Origin: Eledone cirrhosa
Taxonomy: Eukaryota
DNA length: 64,000 nt
Direction: 5' to 3'
Assembly (NCBI GenBank): GCA_964016885.1
Contig: CAXHJY010001131.1
Coordinates: 20,714 to 84,713, forward strand
In this document: positions 1 through 14,489 of the stretch, one piece after another
Layout of the letters: each line of letters begins with the position of its first letter
Position numbering within the stretch: position 1 is the stretch's first letter
Program-made: the position numbers and the translations under genes
The notes under the pieces: generated by a model
Told to the model about the DNA's origin: nothing
The model's database searches: none
The model's input: only the letters and a program-made list of their open reading frames with translations

Positions 1-50
1 TATATATATAAACACATATATATATATATATAAACATATATATATATATA

Positions 51-135
<85 letters not shown>

Positions 136-160
136 ATATATATATATATATATATAAATA

Positions 161-450
161 TATAAACGTTTGTATATGTATAATAAAGCCAAAACAATGC
201 AGGTATGGACATAGAATATAGAATGCAAATGCAAAAGATATTGTTGACAATTAGTCTTTTACCTTAGATTTATATAAATAAATTTAGGACATTTAAATAA
301 ATCTAAGGTAAAAGACTAATTGTCAACAATATCTTTTGCATTTGCATTCTTTATTCTATGTCCATACCTGCATTGTTTTGGCTTTATTATACATATACAA
401 ACGTTTATACCTCATTACACAATGCTTCAAGTGAACTATAACCTCCTCCA
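161..450. mobile_element. Palindromic element in (TA)n: 113-bp inverted arms plus unpaired 3' tail
   Basis: 161-273 is the reverse complement of 297-409 (1 mismatch), with a 23-bp spacer and a tail at 410-450. Flanked by (TA)n. Same architecture as the hammerhead-bearing elements. Confidence 0.7.
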
Positions 451-475
451 TATAAATATATATATATAAACATAT

Positions 476-510
<35 letters not shown>

Positions 511-574
511 AACATATATATATATATAAACATATATATATATGTATAAACACATGTATATATATATATATATA

Positions 575-626
<52 letters not shown>

Positions 627-854
627 TCCTATACGAATATACCTTTACCTTTAAAATTAGCAGACACACAATCATATATATATATATATTTTTATATATA
701 TACATATCGACATCTGCTCTGTATGTATGTATATATGTATGTGTGTACGTATCTATGCATATATATATGCATACACATACGTATATGTATAGATATAGGT
801 AGATAGATATAAATATAAATCTAAAAATATATATGTATATATATATATATATAT

Positions 855-990
855 AACTCTCTTCCCACCCACTTTTCGCCTGAAGAAGGGCTTATGTCCG
901 AAACGTCCCCCCCCCCCCCCCTCAAGAGCGTGAAAAAATAAACCTTTGTTCGTACTGCCTCTCTGTTTTGTTCCCGTTCCATTTTTCACT
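855..990 (+). mobile_element. Family H2 Penelope-like pLTR fragment with hammerhead-like core
   Basis: CTGAAGA-AGGGC-TTAT-GTCC-GAAAC-GTC at 880-907. Homologous to 50437-50670 and 59928-60165. Lies in (TA)n. Confidence 0.65.
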
Positions 991-993
991 ATA

Positions 994-1094
<101 letters not shown>

Positions 1095-2084
1095 CTTTCT
1101 TAATCCGTTAGCTGTTCATTACTCAACGTCGTTTTAATATTAAACTCCATAAACTCCGTTTTAATATTAAACTCCATAAACTCCGTATAGGTTTTTAATA
1201 TTTCTTTCTAATGTCTACCCATCCGTTGCCCTAGCGACAAATTCCGAAACAATTATCATTAACAATTTTGTTAATTATTATTTTTGGTGGTGTCGTCGTT
1301 ATTGGTGTTATCGAATTTTTAATTTTAACATCGCAGAATGAATTAGAGGTACGAGTAGTAATTTGAGGTAAATTCAGTTTGAGTTCTTATATACAATATG
1401 TTTCTGTATATAGTTGAAACACTTACTTCGTTTCACCAGCTCGTTAGCAACTATGTTTAATTACAAACATGACTCAAAGAAGTTTTTATGTCTTCGGCCC
1501 TTTTTTGCCTGAATATCTGGGAACATAGTAATCAATACTTGAATACTTGAATACTTGAATACTTAAAATGTATAGTCTGAATATAAGGGTGTTTGGGGTA
1601 CAAGGCTAACAGTTTTGGTGGAGGGGAAATTCGATTAAATCGACACCAGTGCATTGCTGGTACTTTATTTTATCGACTCCGTTATGATGAAAGGGAAAGG
1701 TAACTTCGGCGGGATCTAAACTCAGAATGTAAAGGGCCGTAATAACAATAGGAATTATTATGTACATACATTAAAGTTACTTAACACTTTATATTGTAGT
1801 AGAGTTAGCGTCGGGATATACGGTGTGTATGGGGCGACCTGATAGAGCCCATCCCTCGCCAGCAGATTTATTTCTTCTAGAGAAATAGAGAGAGAGAGGG
1901 GAAATTAGAAAGAGAGCTAGAGGAATAATCTAACCGGTGTAATACAAGGCAAGTACTTTATTTTAAGGACCTCGAAGTGATGAAAAGCGCAATGGAGTTC
2001 GACCGTATAAATTGTCAGATCATCTAAAATACCACAAGACCTTTCTATCCGAAGTTCTAACGATTCTGGACAATTTCCCGTGTG

Positions 2085-2186
<102 letters not shown>

Positions 2187-2289
2187 AAACTCGCATATTT
2201 GACGCGATGTCGAAGATAATTCGGGCCCCGACACTTTGATTATACCCTGAGCTGATCGATATCGATACAATTGTAATACGCCAGTTTGT

Positions 2290-2316
2290 ACATATGCTGC
2301 AACACATATGCTGCAA

Positions 2317-2361
<45 letters not shown>

Positions 2362-2400
2362 TACACACATACATACATATATATACATATAAAAATATAT

Positions 2401-2499
<99 letters not shown>

Positions 2500-2565
2500 T
2501 ATATACATATATCTGCACACACTCACACACACATATCTATATATATGTGTGTATATATGCTGCAA

Positions 2566-2618
<53 letters not shown>

Positions 2619-2760
2619 TACATATATATACATATAAAAATATATATACATATATATATATACATATATATATACATATATATATACATATATCTGCACA
2701 CACTCACACACACATATCTATATATATGTGTGTATATATGCTGCAACACATATGCTGCAA

Positions 2761-2812
<52 letters not shown>

Positions 2813-2828
2813 ATATATATATACATAT

Positions 2829-2894
<66 letters not shown>

Positions 2895-2910
2895 ATATAT
2901 ATATACATAT

Positions 2911-2979
<69 letters not shown>

Positions 2980-3060
2980 TATATACATATATATATACAT
3001 ATATCTGCACACACTCACACACACATATCTATATATATGTGTGTATATATGTATGTATAC
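2290..3060. repeat. Compound microsatellite-derived tandem duplication
   Basis: ATCTGCACACACTCACAC and GCTGCAACCATA blocks recur 3 times. Confidence 0.75.
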
Positions 3061-3073
3061 ATACATATACATA

Positions 3074-3270
3074 TACTCTATTGTCCTAAGTACCGAGTAC
3101 TTAGCTGAATATGGTGTTACTAGTCTGATTGGTAACTTACAACATAACCGAATGAAATAGTTCTAGTCCTGTAGAACTCCTTTCTATATATAATAAAGAT
3201 GCCTATACTCTACCAAGGTATTGAGTACCTCTTTTAACTGTTGTTACCACTGACACCACAAGTGAACCTA
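3074..3270 (+). mobile_element. Truncated H1-related tails
   Basis: GAATGAAATAGTTCTAGTCCTGTAGAA (3150-3176) followed by GGTATTGAGTACC. A preceding tail variant reads ACTCT...GTACCGAGTAC. Confidence 0.55.
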
Positions 3271-3698
3271 CATATTATATATTATCATCGCCGAGGTTGA
3301 CTTTGCCTTTCATCCTTACGGGGTCGATAAAATAAAGAACCAGTAATGCACTGGGTAATTGCTGGCCTTGTGCTTAAAGTAGAAACAATTATCATATTTG
3401 TATAGGGTGTGTTCCCAGTATATATTTACTTACGTTATTGGCCCCTGCAGAAGGAGAGGGAAGCGGTCTGAAATTTAAGGCCCGTTGGTGGGATTGTGTG
3501 AAAGAAGAAAAGAGAAATATGACTTATAAATGTAGCATTAAATACGGGTGAAGCTTTGGTTCTTATATAGTCTGGTGTTTGGTGGCATCCTGTTAATGTA
3601 GCTCATTCGATGTTACACAATTATTCATTTTAAGAATACACACAGACACAGATAGACAGACGCACACACACATATATACCATCCATTATATATGTATG

Positions 3699-3756
<58 letters not shown>

Positions 3757-3757
<1 letters not shown>

Positions 3758-3938
3758 CGAAGGAAGTGTGGTAAGGAACCAGGTGGACCATAACGCACCA
3801 AAGTACTCAATATTAGGGTAGTAGAGTGGGTAATAGGAACCAGTAAGACCCCGACGGCTGAGCTCAAGCCGTTTCGCCGTTTCGTCCAGAATTAGCCGTC
3901 GAAATGGCTTGAGCTCAGCCGTCGGGGTCTTACTGGTT

Positions 3939-3941
<3 letters not shown>
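3757..3941. mobile_element. Family H3 palindromic element
   Basis: AACGAAGG...GTACTCAATA...GACCCCGACGGCTGAGCTCAAGCCGTTTCG followed by an inverted copy. (TA)n flanks. Confidence 0.85.
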
Positions 3942-3986
<45 letters not shown>

Positions 3987-4029
3987 GGGGGGGGGGGGGG
4001 GTATATACATATATATATATGTGTGTGTG

Positions 4030-4190
4030 TGTATATATATATATAAATAAACAGAGGGTGTGGTAAGATACCAAGTTGACCATAACGTACCAGAGTACTC
4101 AATACTTAGGGTAGTAGGGTGGGTAACCCAGTTCGGATGTAGTTGTCGAAACGGCCGGACTCAGCCGTCGGGGTTCTGACCCTTTTACTA
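4030..4190. mobile_element. Family H3 diverged copy
   Basis: TGTGGTAAG...GACCATAACG...GTACTCAATACTTAGGG, then inverted GTCGAAACGG...CAGCCGTCGGGG. Confidence 0.65.
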
Positions 4191-4264
4191 TATATATATA
4201 TATATATATATTCAGTGTTGTTTTATCAGTTGGCTTCGTGCCTAAATTAGAAATCATTATTTTT

Positions 4265-4443
4265 AAGTATCGGTAGAGGGTCGGACGCCATGCTTTGAAG
4301 CACAGAGGTACGGCCCTTTATTGTCTGAGTTCAAATCCCGCCGAGGTTAACTTTGCCTTTCATCCTTACGGGGTCGATAAAATAAAGTACCAGTAATACA
4401 CTAGGATAATTGCTGGCCTTGTATCAAAAGTAGAAACAATTAT
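4265..4443 (+). mobile_element. S1 SINE
   Basis: Match to the S1 consensus. Further partial or diverged copies at about 1590-1745(-) and 3288-3392(+). Confidence 0.85.
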
Positions 4444-5780
4444 TTTTAATAAAATCTTTCCCTTCAGTCCGGGTAAACCCAAAACATACATATATTGTCT
4501 AGATTGATTTCAAGCCAACAGTGTTAGGACATGTTTAAAACTGAGTATTTGAAATTCTTATATGGGGAGAATAATAATCAACGTGAGAAATTATTGTACT
4601 TGAAGAAGAATGGATACCTAATAGTGCGTATATGTTATGTTTTTAACAAAATACCTGAATGTTTTATACGCTGAGAACGACCCTCGAGGAAAATGTTTAT
4701 ACTTTGAGAAGAATAGATATATTTGGAATTATTATAGGGTGAGAATATCAATAAAAAGAGACATATTTTTATAGTGAGAGAAGAATGGACATCCAATAGT
4801 GGTTATGTATATTATGTTTAGAACAAATATTTAACATTGTTATTTGGTGAGAATAACAACCAAACGAGAGATATGTTTATATTCAGATATGAATGTATAC
4901 CCAATAGGGTGTGTATGTTTTTACAAAGTACTCGAAATTTTGAACACACGGCTCCAGAATCATACCTTAGCAGGGGCAATGGAACTGGTTGGGGGCAGAG
5001 GGTGTCATAGGCCGCCTCTCAATAATTTTATTTTTTTCCTCAAATTACCAAAAACGCATCAATCTGTATATACGCTACATATGTTTCTCGCATATTGAAA
5101 TTTTTTTTTTTATATATCCCGGTTGATATTTGATAATAACAGCTAAACTAATCACTACAACTAAATTGTCCAAATCCCCCCTGTACCTCAATTTAGAAAT
5201 GCTTGGTGGACCCCAACTCCAAAGACATCATATTATCTGTCCTCTGTTCTTTATTTATGGACGAATTTAGATGTATGTTTGATTTGAACGGATATTAAGG
5301 CTGCTATGTTTTTCAGGTTGAACTATCCTGTTGCAGCTGTCCCACGGTTATATAGTAGCATCCCCAACTTCATTGCGCTAAAGAGAAACACCCAATTATA
5401 TTAATATATGTGTGTGTGTGTGCGTGTGTATGTGTGCCTGTGTCAATACTTATAATGAATATACATGCATCTCTCTCTTTCTATCTATCTATATGTATAT
5501 ATACGTGTGTGTGTATATGAGTGTATTGTAGTTATATGTATCTATATGTATGTAAATATATGTATGTGTATATATATACCTATATATATATATATATATG
5601 TGGGTGTGTGTATGTGTTTATACATATATATATTAAAATATTAATATATATATATTTATTTATATATATATATATTTATTAAAATATTAAATATTTGGTC
5701 TATAATTTTATATATTTTAATATATATTTATCTTTATCGAGCCCTCTTCGGATTTTAGTCTTCACATTTATTATTATTAC

Positions 5781-5821
<41 letters not shown>

Positions 5822-6091
5822 GTCTATCAATCTATCTCTCTATATATATACATATATGTAAATATATATAAACATTGGATTACGAAGCCACTCAAAGAGT
5901 ATATATATATACGAGAAGAAGTTGACGGGACTGGCATAAGTTTCACTGCTACATATATACATATATACATACAGCCATACATACATTCATATATAGGTGT
6001 GTATATAGAGATGCCTTCAGGCATATGATAATATAATCTAAAATTATTTTACACTACATAACTATGTGGTGGAGTCCATAATGAGATATGA

Positions 6092-6143
6092 GGATGATGA
6101 TGATGATGATGAAGAAGAAGAAGAAGAAGAAGAAGAAGAAGAA

Positions 6144-6174
<31 letters not shown>

Positions 6175-6364
6175 AAGAAGAAGAAGGAGGAGGAGGGGGG
6201 GGGAAGAAGAAGAAGAAGAAGAAGAAGAAGAAGAAGAAGAAGAAGAAGAAGAAGAAGAAGAAGAAGAATGAGAAGAAGAAGAAGAAGAAGAAGAAGAAGG
6301 GGGAGGAGGAGGAGGAGGAGAAGAAGAAGAAGAAGAAGAAGAAGAAGAAGAAGAAGAAGAAGAA
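6092..6364. repeat. (GAT)n/(GAA)n/(GGA)n trinucleotide tract
   Basis: Seen directly. Confidence 0.95.
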
Positions 6365-6746
6365 ATTAATAATAATCAATAATGTCTTTATTGGCCTTGG
6401 GGGCCGCCGAAAACATTAAGTGTTAAACAATAAACAAGGACCATAGACGATATTGATAAAACATGTAAAGAGAAAAATAAATAATTATAATAACAAGTAA
6501 TAAAAAATGTAGTTATAAATAAATAATAAAAGAATTGCCCACATGTGGCGGGCGGTGAGGGGGGTAACACACCACCCAGGGGTGATTGAGGTACCCCCCA
6601 CAAAATCAGAGATCACCCAAATAACCAAGGGCACCCACCATAGGCAAGTGCCCTTCATGTGAATGATAATAATAATAATAATAATGGTGAGATGGGTAAT
6701 ATCTGACATTTGAATATTCAAATATGAATTTCGGTAGTATATATAT

Positions 6747-6806
<60 letters not shown>

Positions 6807-7088
6807 GCACACACTTACACAAACACACATATATATATATACATGCACACACTTACACACACACACATATATATATATATATATTATATATATATATATA
6901 TATATACATATACATGCACACTCTTACACACACACACATATATATATATATATACATATATATATACATATATATATACATATATATACATACATATACA
7001 TACATACATACATATACATATATACATATATATATACATATATACATATACATATATAAATATGCATACATACATATATATACATATG

Positions 7089-7192
<104 letters not shown>

Positions 7193-8014
7193 CATATATA
7201 CATATATAATTGGAAATTTAGTAAAATCGAATCTCTGGCGGTTTGCAAGCAAATTCGGCCTGTATATATATATATATATATACTTATATATACATATATA
7301 TACTTATACACACCACACACACTCATGCACACACATGCACACACACACACACACACATATATATATACACATCTATGTATATATGCTTAGAGAATTAATG
7401 AAATTAAATGAAAGAAGAGAAGAAGGAAATAGAATGAAAATAAAAAACAAAATGAATTCTCACTCGATCAATTCATAGTTTCATTCTGTTGTTGATGTTG
7501 TTGCTGCTGCTGCTGTTGTTTGTTTCGGTCTTTTGTTTAAATCCAGGTTTTTTTAGATTTATTTTTTAAAAAAGATTTCATTCTCAAGTCTTTGCTGACT
7601 TCTTCATATCTTCTTTCTTCTTCATTGCATTTTCATTCATTTTCGTCGACTTTCTTTCCTTCTCAACTTTGTACTATCTTCGACCGATCTCTTTATCACT
7701 TCCGTCTCTCTCTCTCCTTCTTTCTCTCTTTCTCGCCATATTACTCGGTCTATCACTCACTCTATCTCACTCTCTCGTTCATAACATTTTTTTTTTTTTT
7801 CGTGTCATTCTTCATTCATTCTTTTGCTCTTTCTCTCTAACTGCGACTGATTCTTTCCTGTTTTCTATGCACTGTTTTCCTTCCTTAAAAACGTCTTACT
7901 TCTTACATAACACCTTTTAGTATCTCTCCTTCTTTCTCACTCCCTCTCTCTCTCCACGGTGAAATTATTATATATATATATATATTGTATATATATATGT
8001 ATATTATATATATG

Positions 8015-8092
<78 letters not shown>

Positions 8093-8165
8093 TTTTCTTT
8101 CAACAATCTATGTTATTAATTTTATATAATACTCTTCAAATAAATCCGGGTAGGTCCCGCCAAAG

Positions 8166-9509
8166 TCAGTGGTTTGGCGAGTGTTGTTTTATAGAATGCT
8201 GGTGGTGGTGGGCTGGATTGTGCTGCTGTGCTAGTGTCTGCACAAGAGACTGCGATATAGAATGTGAATTGAGGTTGATGGCCGTTGAAATTAGTGGCGA
8301 GCCATTGTTCGCCCCGTTTGTGGACTGTAACGGACTACCACCTCCTCCATGCGTGTAGGAGACTGGGGTATGTGCTTGAGACATCGTATGACCTACAATT
8401 GATTGCGATAAGGAATGTGAAGGTATGGATGTAGGTATCAGCGGAGATCCACCACCACCACTATTCGACCGCATTGGACTTCCTCCACCTTGCATGGAAT
8501 TTTCCGAAGTTTGAAGAAATTCTCCGTTCGGGCCGATAGTGCCGGGAGGAGTCATGCGTTTTTCTTTTTGTCGTCGATTACAAAACCAAACACGCACGAC
8601 TTCTTTTTCTAATTGCAGTTGGTCAGCTAGGTTCGATATTTCCTGTGCTGACGGTTTCGGTTGCTTAATGAAATGGTTTTCTAAAGCGCCCTTCACTGTA
8701 ACTTCGATACTCGTTCGCTTTTTACGTTTTCTTCCTTGAGCAGCTATTTTGTCAATACTGGTAGGAGATCCGGAAGTGGAATCGGCCTCCTCCAGCCATT
8801 TCTGTAGTAGAGGTTTTAATTTACACATATTTTTAAAACTCAATTGCAGTGCTTCGAAGCGACAAATGGTTGTCTGGCTGAAAACGTTACCGTAAAGGGT
8901 ACCAAGCGCTAGTCCGACGTCAGCTTGTGTAAAACCTAATTTTATACGTCGCTGTTTAAACTGCTTAGCAAATTGTTCCAAATCGTCCGAAGTTGGTGCA
9001 TCTTCATCGGAGGGTTCGTGGTGGTCTACCTCAGGATCAGGTTCTCTTAATAACGATGGATGCAACTGTTGTCCAGGGGTTAGCATGCCATTCATGTGAA
9101 TACCGTAACCATGGTGTTGAAGTTGTGTGGCTCCATTTGTCATGTTTAGATGTGAAGAAACAGGCGAATGCCAAGCGTATGGCGATTGCATCTGTTGATT
9201 AACGCGGTTGTGTTGAGCATTCGGATGCGTTTCCAACACCTGTCCTTTGATGTCCTGCTGGTGGATCATATTAGACCAGTGGTTATTGTCCGTGTGAGAT
9301 ATACCGATCCATGGATTCGGATGATGAGTGAGGTGATGACCATTCTGTTGTTGGGTAGCCATATATTTCATGTCAGGTAATTCACGGTGCTGGTACTGCG
9401 TGGGTTGGGTAACGTGCCCTTGCATAACCGATGATGGATCTACTTGGACCGTAGCTAGAGATGATGGAGTGGCCGATGTTAGGTACAAACTCGTGGCAGA
9501 AGCAGCCAT
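8166..9509 (-). CDS. POU3: Class III POU-domain transcription factor (POU3F/Brn-1/2/4, Oct-6, ventral veins lacking orthologue), single exon, 447 aa
   Basis: POU-specific domain [68 protein letters not shown], class III linker [15 protein letters not shown] and homeodomain KRKKRTSIE...[16 protein letters not shown]. Good Kozak context (AAACCATGG). Intronless, as is typical for POU3 genes. Confidence 0.97.
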   Translation of the reverse strand: MAASATSLYLTSATPSSLATVQVDPSSVMQGHVTQPTQYQHRELPDMKYMATQQQNGHHLTHHPNPWIGISHTDNNHWSNMIHQQDIKGQVLETHPNAQHNRVNQQMQSPYAWHSPVSSHLNMTNGATQLQHHGYGIHMNGMLTPGQQLHPSLLREPDPEVDHHEPSDEDAPTSDDLEQFAKQFKQRRIKLGFTQADVGLALGTLYGNVFSQTTICRFEALQLSFKNMCKLKPLLQKWLEEADSTSGSPTSIDKIAAQGRKRKKRTSIEVTVKGALENHFIKQPKPSAQEISNLADQLQLEKEVVRVWFCNRRQKEKRMTPPGTIGPNGEFLQTSENSMQGGGSPMRSNSGGGGSPLIPTSIPSHSLSQSIVGHTMSQAHTPVSYTHGGGGSPLQSTNGANNGSPLISTAINLNSHSISQSLVQTLAQQHNPAHHHQHSIKQHSPNH

Positions 9510-9669
9510 GGTTTGTATAGCTCCGTTTTCTCAATCTAACTTGTAAAAAGCAGGCTGGTACGTACGATTAAGTGTTAAGAGAAGTATTGTGATAGAGATT
9601 CGCTATAGCGTCCGCCACACATATCTACTTATCTTCCTCCTCTGTCCGTACAACTCGTCATCTAGCAGC

Positions 9670-9765
9670 CAGCCTTGCCATTGGTCCGCTCGGCTCGTGA
9701 TTGACGTGTAGTAAACATTAAATTATCACGATTCGCTAGACGCTCTTTCTCATTGGCTAGTTCCA
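9670..9765 (-). promoter_or_regulatory. Putative POU3 proximal promoter
   Basis: Two CCAAT boxes on the minus strand (ATTGG at 9680-9684 and 9752-9756), TGACGT (CRE/ATF half-site, 9702-9707) and GTAAACA (forkhead, 9711-9717) in unique sequence 170-250 bp upstream of the ATG, bounded by a (GA) tract. Confidence 0.55.
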
Positions 9766-9769
9766 GGGC

Positions 9770-9799
9770 AGAGAGAAAAAGAGAGAGATTGTGTGAGCA

Positions 9800-9830
<31 letters not shown>

Positions 9831-9905
9831 GTAAGAGATTGTGTGTGAGAGAGTGAGGGCGAGTGAGAAAGAGAGTGAGCGAGAGATTGTGTGTGATATA
9901 TAGAA

Positions 9906-9937
<32 letters not shown>

Positions 9938-10409
9938 AGAAAGGGTAAGAAATTGTGTGTGAGAGAGTGAGGGCGAGTGAGAAACAGAGTAAGCGAGAGA
10001 TTGTGTGTGATAGAGAGAGAGAGGGGGCAAGAGAGAAAGAGAGAGAAAGAAAGAATGAGAGGAATAGTGTCAGAAAGTGAAAGAGTGAGTGGAAGTAGAA
10101 AAGGAGCGAGAGAGAGAAAGAGGAAAGAGAGAGAAAGATTGGGTAAGGGAGTGTGAAAGAAAGAGAGGAAAAGTGTGAGAGTATTTAAGGAGATAGGGAG
10201 AGAGCAAGGGAGAGAAGAAAGAGAGACAGAAGTAACAGAGTGAAAGAATGAGGGAGAGAGAAAAAAATAGATTTGAGGGTGTGAAACACAGAGAGAGAGA
10301 GAGAGCGCGATGAAACGGAAAATGAGAGACAAAGAGAGATATTGAAACGGAAAGAGGGTAAGCCGGAGAGAGAATGAAAGAGAGGAGGGAAGACAGGGAG
10401 ATAGAGAGA

Positions 10410-10472
<63 letters not shown>

Positions 10473-10895
10473 GAGACCTAGAGAAAAAGAGAGAGTTGGA
10501 GAAAGTGTAGAAAATTTGAGTGAGTGCAATGAAGAGAGAGAGAGAGAGAGAGTAAGAGAGTAAGCAAGTCACGGGAGAGGTAGAGAAAGATATATAAATA
10601 AAGAGAGAGAAAGAGAGAGAGAAATAGAGAGGGATGGGGAATATAAGGGTGTCATGAGAGAGAGAGAGAGGGAGGGAGAGAGAGGGTAAGAGAATCATGT
10701 GAGAGGGAGAGAAAAAAAATATATATAAAGAGTGAGAGAGAGAGAAAAAAGACAGAGGGAGGGAAAATAAGAGAGAGAGAGAGAGAGAATAATGATAAAA
10801 AGAAGAGTTATGAAAAAAGTGGGAGGGGAATAGAATCGAAGTAGGAGGGGAGGACGAGGCGGAGGAAAATAGAGATAGATAGATAGATAGAGAGG
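9770..10895. repeat. ~1.1 kb polypurine (GA-rich) tract upstream of POU3
   Basis: Strongly A/G-biased + strand with (GA)n runs and an internal duplicated block GAGATTGTGTGTGAGAGAGTGAGGGCGAGTGAGAAA. Confidence 0.85.
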
Positions 10896-11060
10896 GTAGT
10901 AGTGATTATATAGGTTTTGTAAAGAGGTGAGAAATTGTAACAGGGAGAGAATGTAATAAATACATGAGAGGCCGGGAAGGTCTGATTAAGATATATAATA
11001 AAGAGATAGATAAATAATTAGAGAGAATGAGAGTGGGAGAGAGAGGCGGAAAATGGGATA

Positions 11061-11135
<75 letters not shown>

Positions 11136-11393
11136 GGAGAAAGGAAGGAAGAAGGGAGAAAGATGAAGGAATGAGAGAAAGACTAATAAATATTGTAGAA
11201 ATAAGTAACGGTACATAAGACAAACATAGACACACACAAACTAACGTATTTCTGTGTTTATAGTTACATATATATATATATACACACACACATATATATA
11301 TATAAACATATATATATATATATATATATAAGAATATATATATATATAAACACACACACATATATATATATATAAACATATATATATATAAGA

Positions 11394-11424
<31 letters not shown>

Positions 11425-11623
11425 TATATATATATATAAACATATATATATATATATAAGAATATATATATATATATATACACACATATATATATATATA
11501 CATAAACATATATATATATAAGAATATATATATATATATACATACACACACACATATATATATATACATATTTATATGCATATATACATGCACATATGCA
11601 TATTATGCATATATATATATATA

Positions 11624-11808
11624 TAGGAACGAGTAGGACCCCGACGGCTGAGCTCAAGCCGTTTCGACGGCTAATTCTGGACAGAATTAGCCGTCAAAAC
11701 GGCTTGAGCTCAGTCGTCGGGGTCCTACTCGTTCCTATTACCCACTCTACTACCCTAAGTATTGAGTACTTTGGTGCGTTATGGTTCCTTACCACATTTC
11801 CTTCGTTA
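11624..11808. mobile_element. Family H3 palindromic element
   Basis: IR 11624-11738 plus tail to CCTTCGTT, in (TA)n. Confidence 0.85.
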
Positions 11809-11822
11809 TATATATATATATA

Positions 11823-11876
<54 letters not shown>

Positions 11877-11916
11877 AATATATATATATATGTATATATA
11901 GTCTTTTAGTCGTTGA

Positions 11917-12062
11917 TCTTAGGGTAGTAGAGTGGGTAATAGGAACGAGTAGGACCCCGACGGCTGAGCTCAAGCCGTTTCGACGGCTAGTTCTGGACTT
12001 TCTGGGTCCAGAACTAGCCGTCGAAACGGCTTGAGCTCAGCCGTCGGGGTCCTACTCGTTCC

Positions 12063-12064
<2 letters not shown>
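11917..12064. mobile_element. Family H3 palindromic element
   Basis: Perfect arms of about 60 bp sharing the private variant CTAGTTCT/AGAACTAG. Confidence 0.85.
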
Positions 12065-12093
<29 letters not shown>

Positions 12094-12139
12094 GTATATA
12101 TATTTATATATATATGTATATATACATATGTATATAATT

Positions 12140-12295
12140 ATATCTCATAAAATAATACAACTGGCTTTCCACAAAATACATTTAGTTAGCACCCCAAACA
12201 CTTAAATTGGGTTTATACTAACATATAACCAAATGTTTGTTGAGTGAGATGGTTACCAGTCGGAGTTTAGCTTTAAGCTATCTCTGTTATTGTAT

Positions 12296-12297
<2 letters not shown>
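12140..12297 (+). repeat. Dispersed repeat, second copy at 17077-17233
   Basis: AAATAATACAACTGGCTTTCCACAAAATACAT...CTCTGTTATTGTATT present in both. Confidence 0.7.
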
Positions 12298-12346
<49 letters not shown>

Positions 12347-12347
12347 T

Positions 12348-12441
<94 letters not shown>

Positions 12442-12518
12442 AAGCGTAAACCTCTTCAAATGAAGTCGGTGTTATTACGGTATGTCGAATCTATTTATCT
12501 ATAAAACTGTTTATATTG

Positions 12519-12584
12519 TATTTTGTCTGATGAAGGCATAGCATATTGTTAATATGATATCCCCGAAATATATATAATGAAATA
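12519..12584 (+). ncRNA. Type I hammerhead ribozyme (family H6)
   Basis: UAUUUUGU-CUGAUGA-[AGGCAUAGCAUAUU-GUU-AAUAUGAUAUCCCC]-GAAA-UAUAUA-UA^AUGAAAUA. Helix I 8 bp including G-U pairs, palindromic AU helix III. Confidence 0.72.
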
Positions 12585-12871
12585 AATATGGTTTTATAAA
12601 TATAGTTTTCCATTTATTTAATATATATATATATATATATTTAATATATATATATATATATATACCTGTACATATCCATGTTGTAGAAGAAAAAGTATAC
12701 CTGTACATATGTGTCTTGCTTCCCCTGAATGTGTCTGTGTGCATATGATTGTTTATAAGTGACATGTGTTTACGTGTCTGTCTGAGTCTCTGTGAGTTTG
12801 TGTGTGTGTGAGCGTATGTGTGTGCATGTGTGTGTGTTTATGTGCATGTGTGCGCGTGTGTGTGTGTGTGT

Positions 12872-12903
<32 letters not shown>

Positions 12904-12921
12904 TTATGTGTATGTGTGCGC

Positions 12922-13009
<88 letters not shown>

Positions 13010-14410
13010 ATGCGGGAGAATTAAGTTTGGAAAAGTTGAGAGAATCTTGGTGTCGTTTGAATTCGAAAGAAAAGTTTGGAAACAACAAAAGGACGAGAAA
13101 GAAGTAGTGAGTGACAGGATGAGGAATGGTTAGTGGTGAGATACGGGTGGGATAAGGGTGGAATAAGGGTGAAATAAGGGTAGACTTTGTTAACGTTGTG
13201 ATGTACCCGCTTTTAGTCTGCTGGGAGTGGTGTTGGTGGTAGTGGTGGTGTTAATGTTGGAAGTGTTGTGGTGTTTGTGTTGACATTGTTGTCTTTATTG
13301 TTGATGGTGCTAATGGTATTAGTGATGGTCTAGGTACTAGTACTGGTGGTGTAGTCGTATTGGTGGTGTTGGGGTGGTGTTGAGGTGCCGGTGGTGTTGA
13401 GGTGCTGGTGTTATTGTGGTATTAGTGTTGTTGTGGTACTGGTGGTGTTGTGATATTGGTGTTATTGTGGTGATGGTGTGAGTATTAGTGGCGTTAGTGG
13501 TGCTGGTATTGGTGATAGTAGTGGTGGCGTTAGATATAAATGTAGGGCTAACAGTTCCTTGAATTATGTTAAGCTAGAATAGCTAGAATACATGCAGCCG
13601 TGTGTATGCATGTATGTGTATATATACACCTGAGCCAGAATATATATATATATATATATATATGGTGAACAGTTGAATTCCACTACTATAGGCTTTCTGA
13701 TGAAGTGTAATAAATGATTAAGTATTGCATATGATTGAACAATATATATTGTATTCAGCATATGTAGACAATTTATAATAGACACAGAAACATATGTCAA
13801 AACAAATAAATTCGTAATCTCTTCACGTTGACGTTTTATTTTTCTTGGTGCAATACCTGCTTATATATATATATAGATGATATACACTGGGTAGTTTTCC
13901 CTGTTTTATTGATGGCACACTCTCTCTTTAGTGAGTTACCTTTTCAACATATTGTATATATATATATATATAAATGTGTGTGTGTAAATAAACATAGGAG
14001 CGTCGATTGAGTTGAAATGCTTAGAACATATTGGAGCGCCAATTGAGTTGAAATGCTTAGAAAATGTAGAAAATCTCAAATGGGGGAAGTTAGCTGGGAA
14101 CACAACTCGGGATAAAATACCCCTATAGACCATAAAAGTGGCCAGCAGCTACAGAAAATCGAAGTTTGTACCCTTCAAATTCTCCCTGCGTGCTCTGTAT
14201 CCGATTTTCTAAGTTGTGTTCACAGGTATCTTCCTGCGTTTGAGATTTTTTACATTCCTACACCGTTAAAATTTATTTTAAAGTATTGGAGAATTACGCC
14301 TTCATTTTTTTTTTTTTTTTTTTGTGTGTGTTGGTCCTTCAATATTTAGCTCCCTTTAATTTCCTTAGACTACATTTAAGAACTAAATTACTTCTCTTAA
14401 TTTTCCTCAC

Positions 14411-14489
<79 letters not shown>

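Noticed and set aside
7558-7563. POU3 polyadenylation signal (AATAAA on minus strand)
   Set aside because: Common by chance in AT-rich DNA. Needs transcript data.
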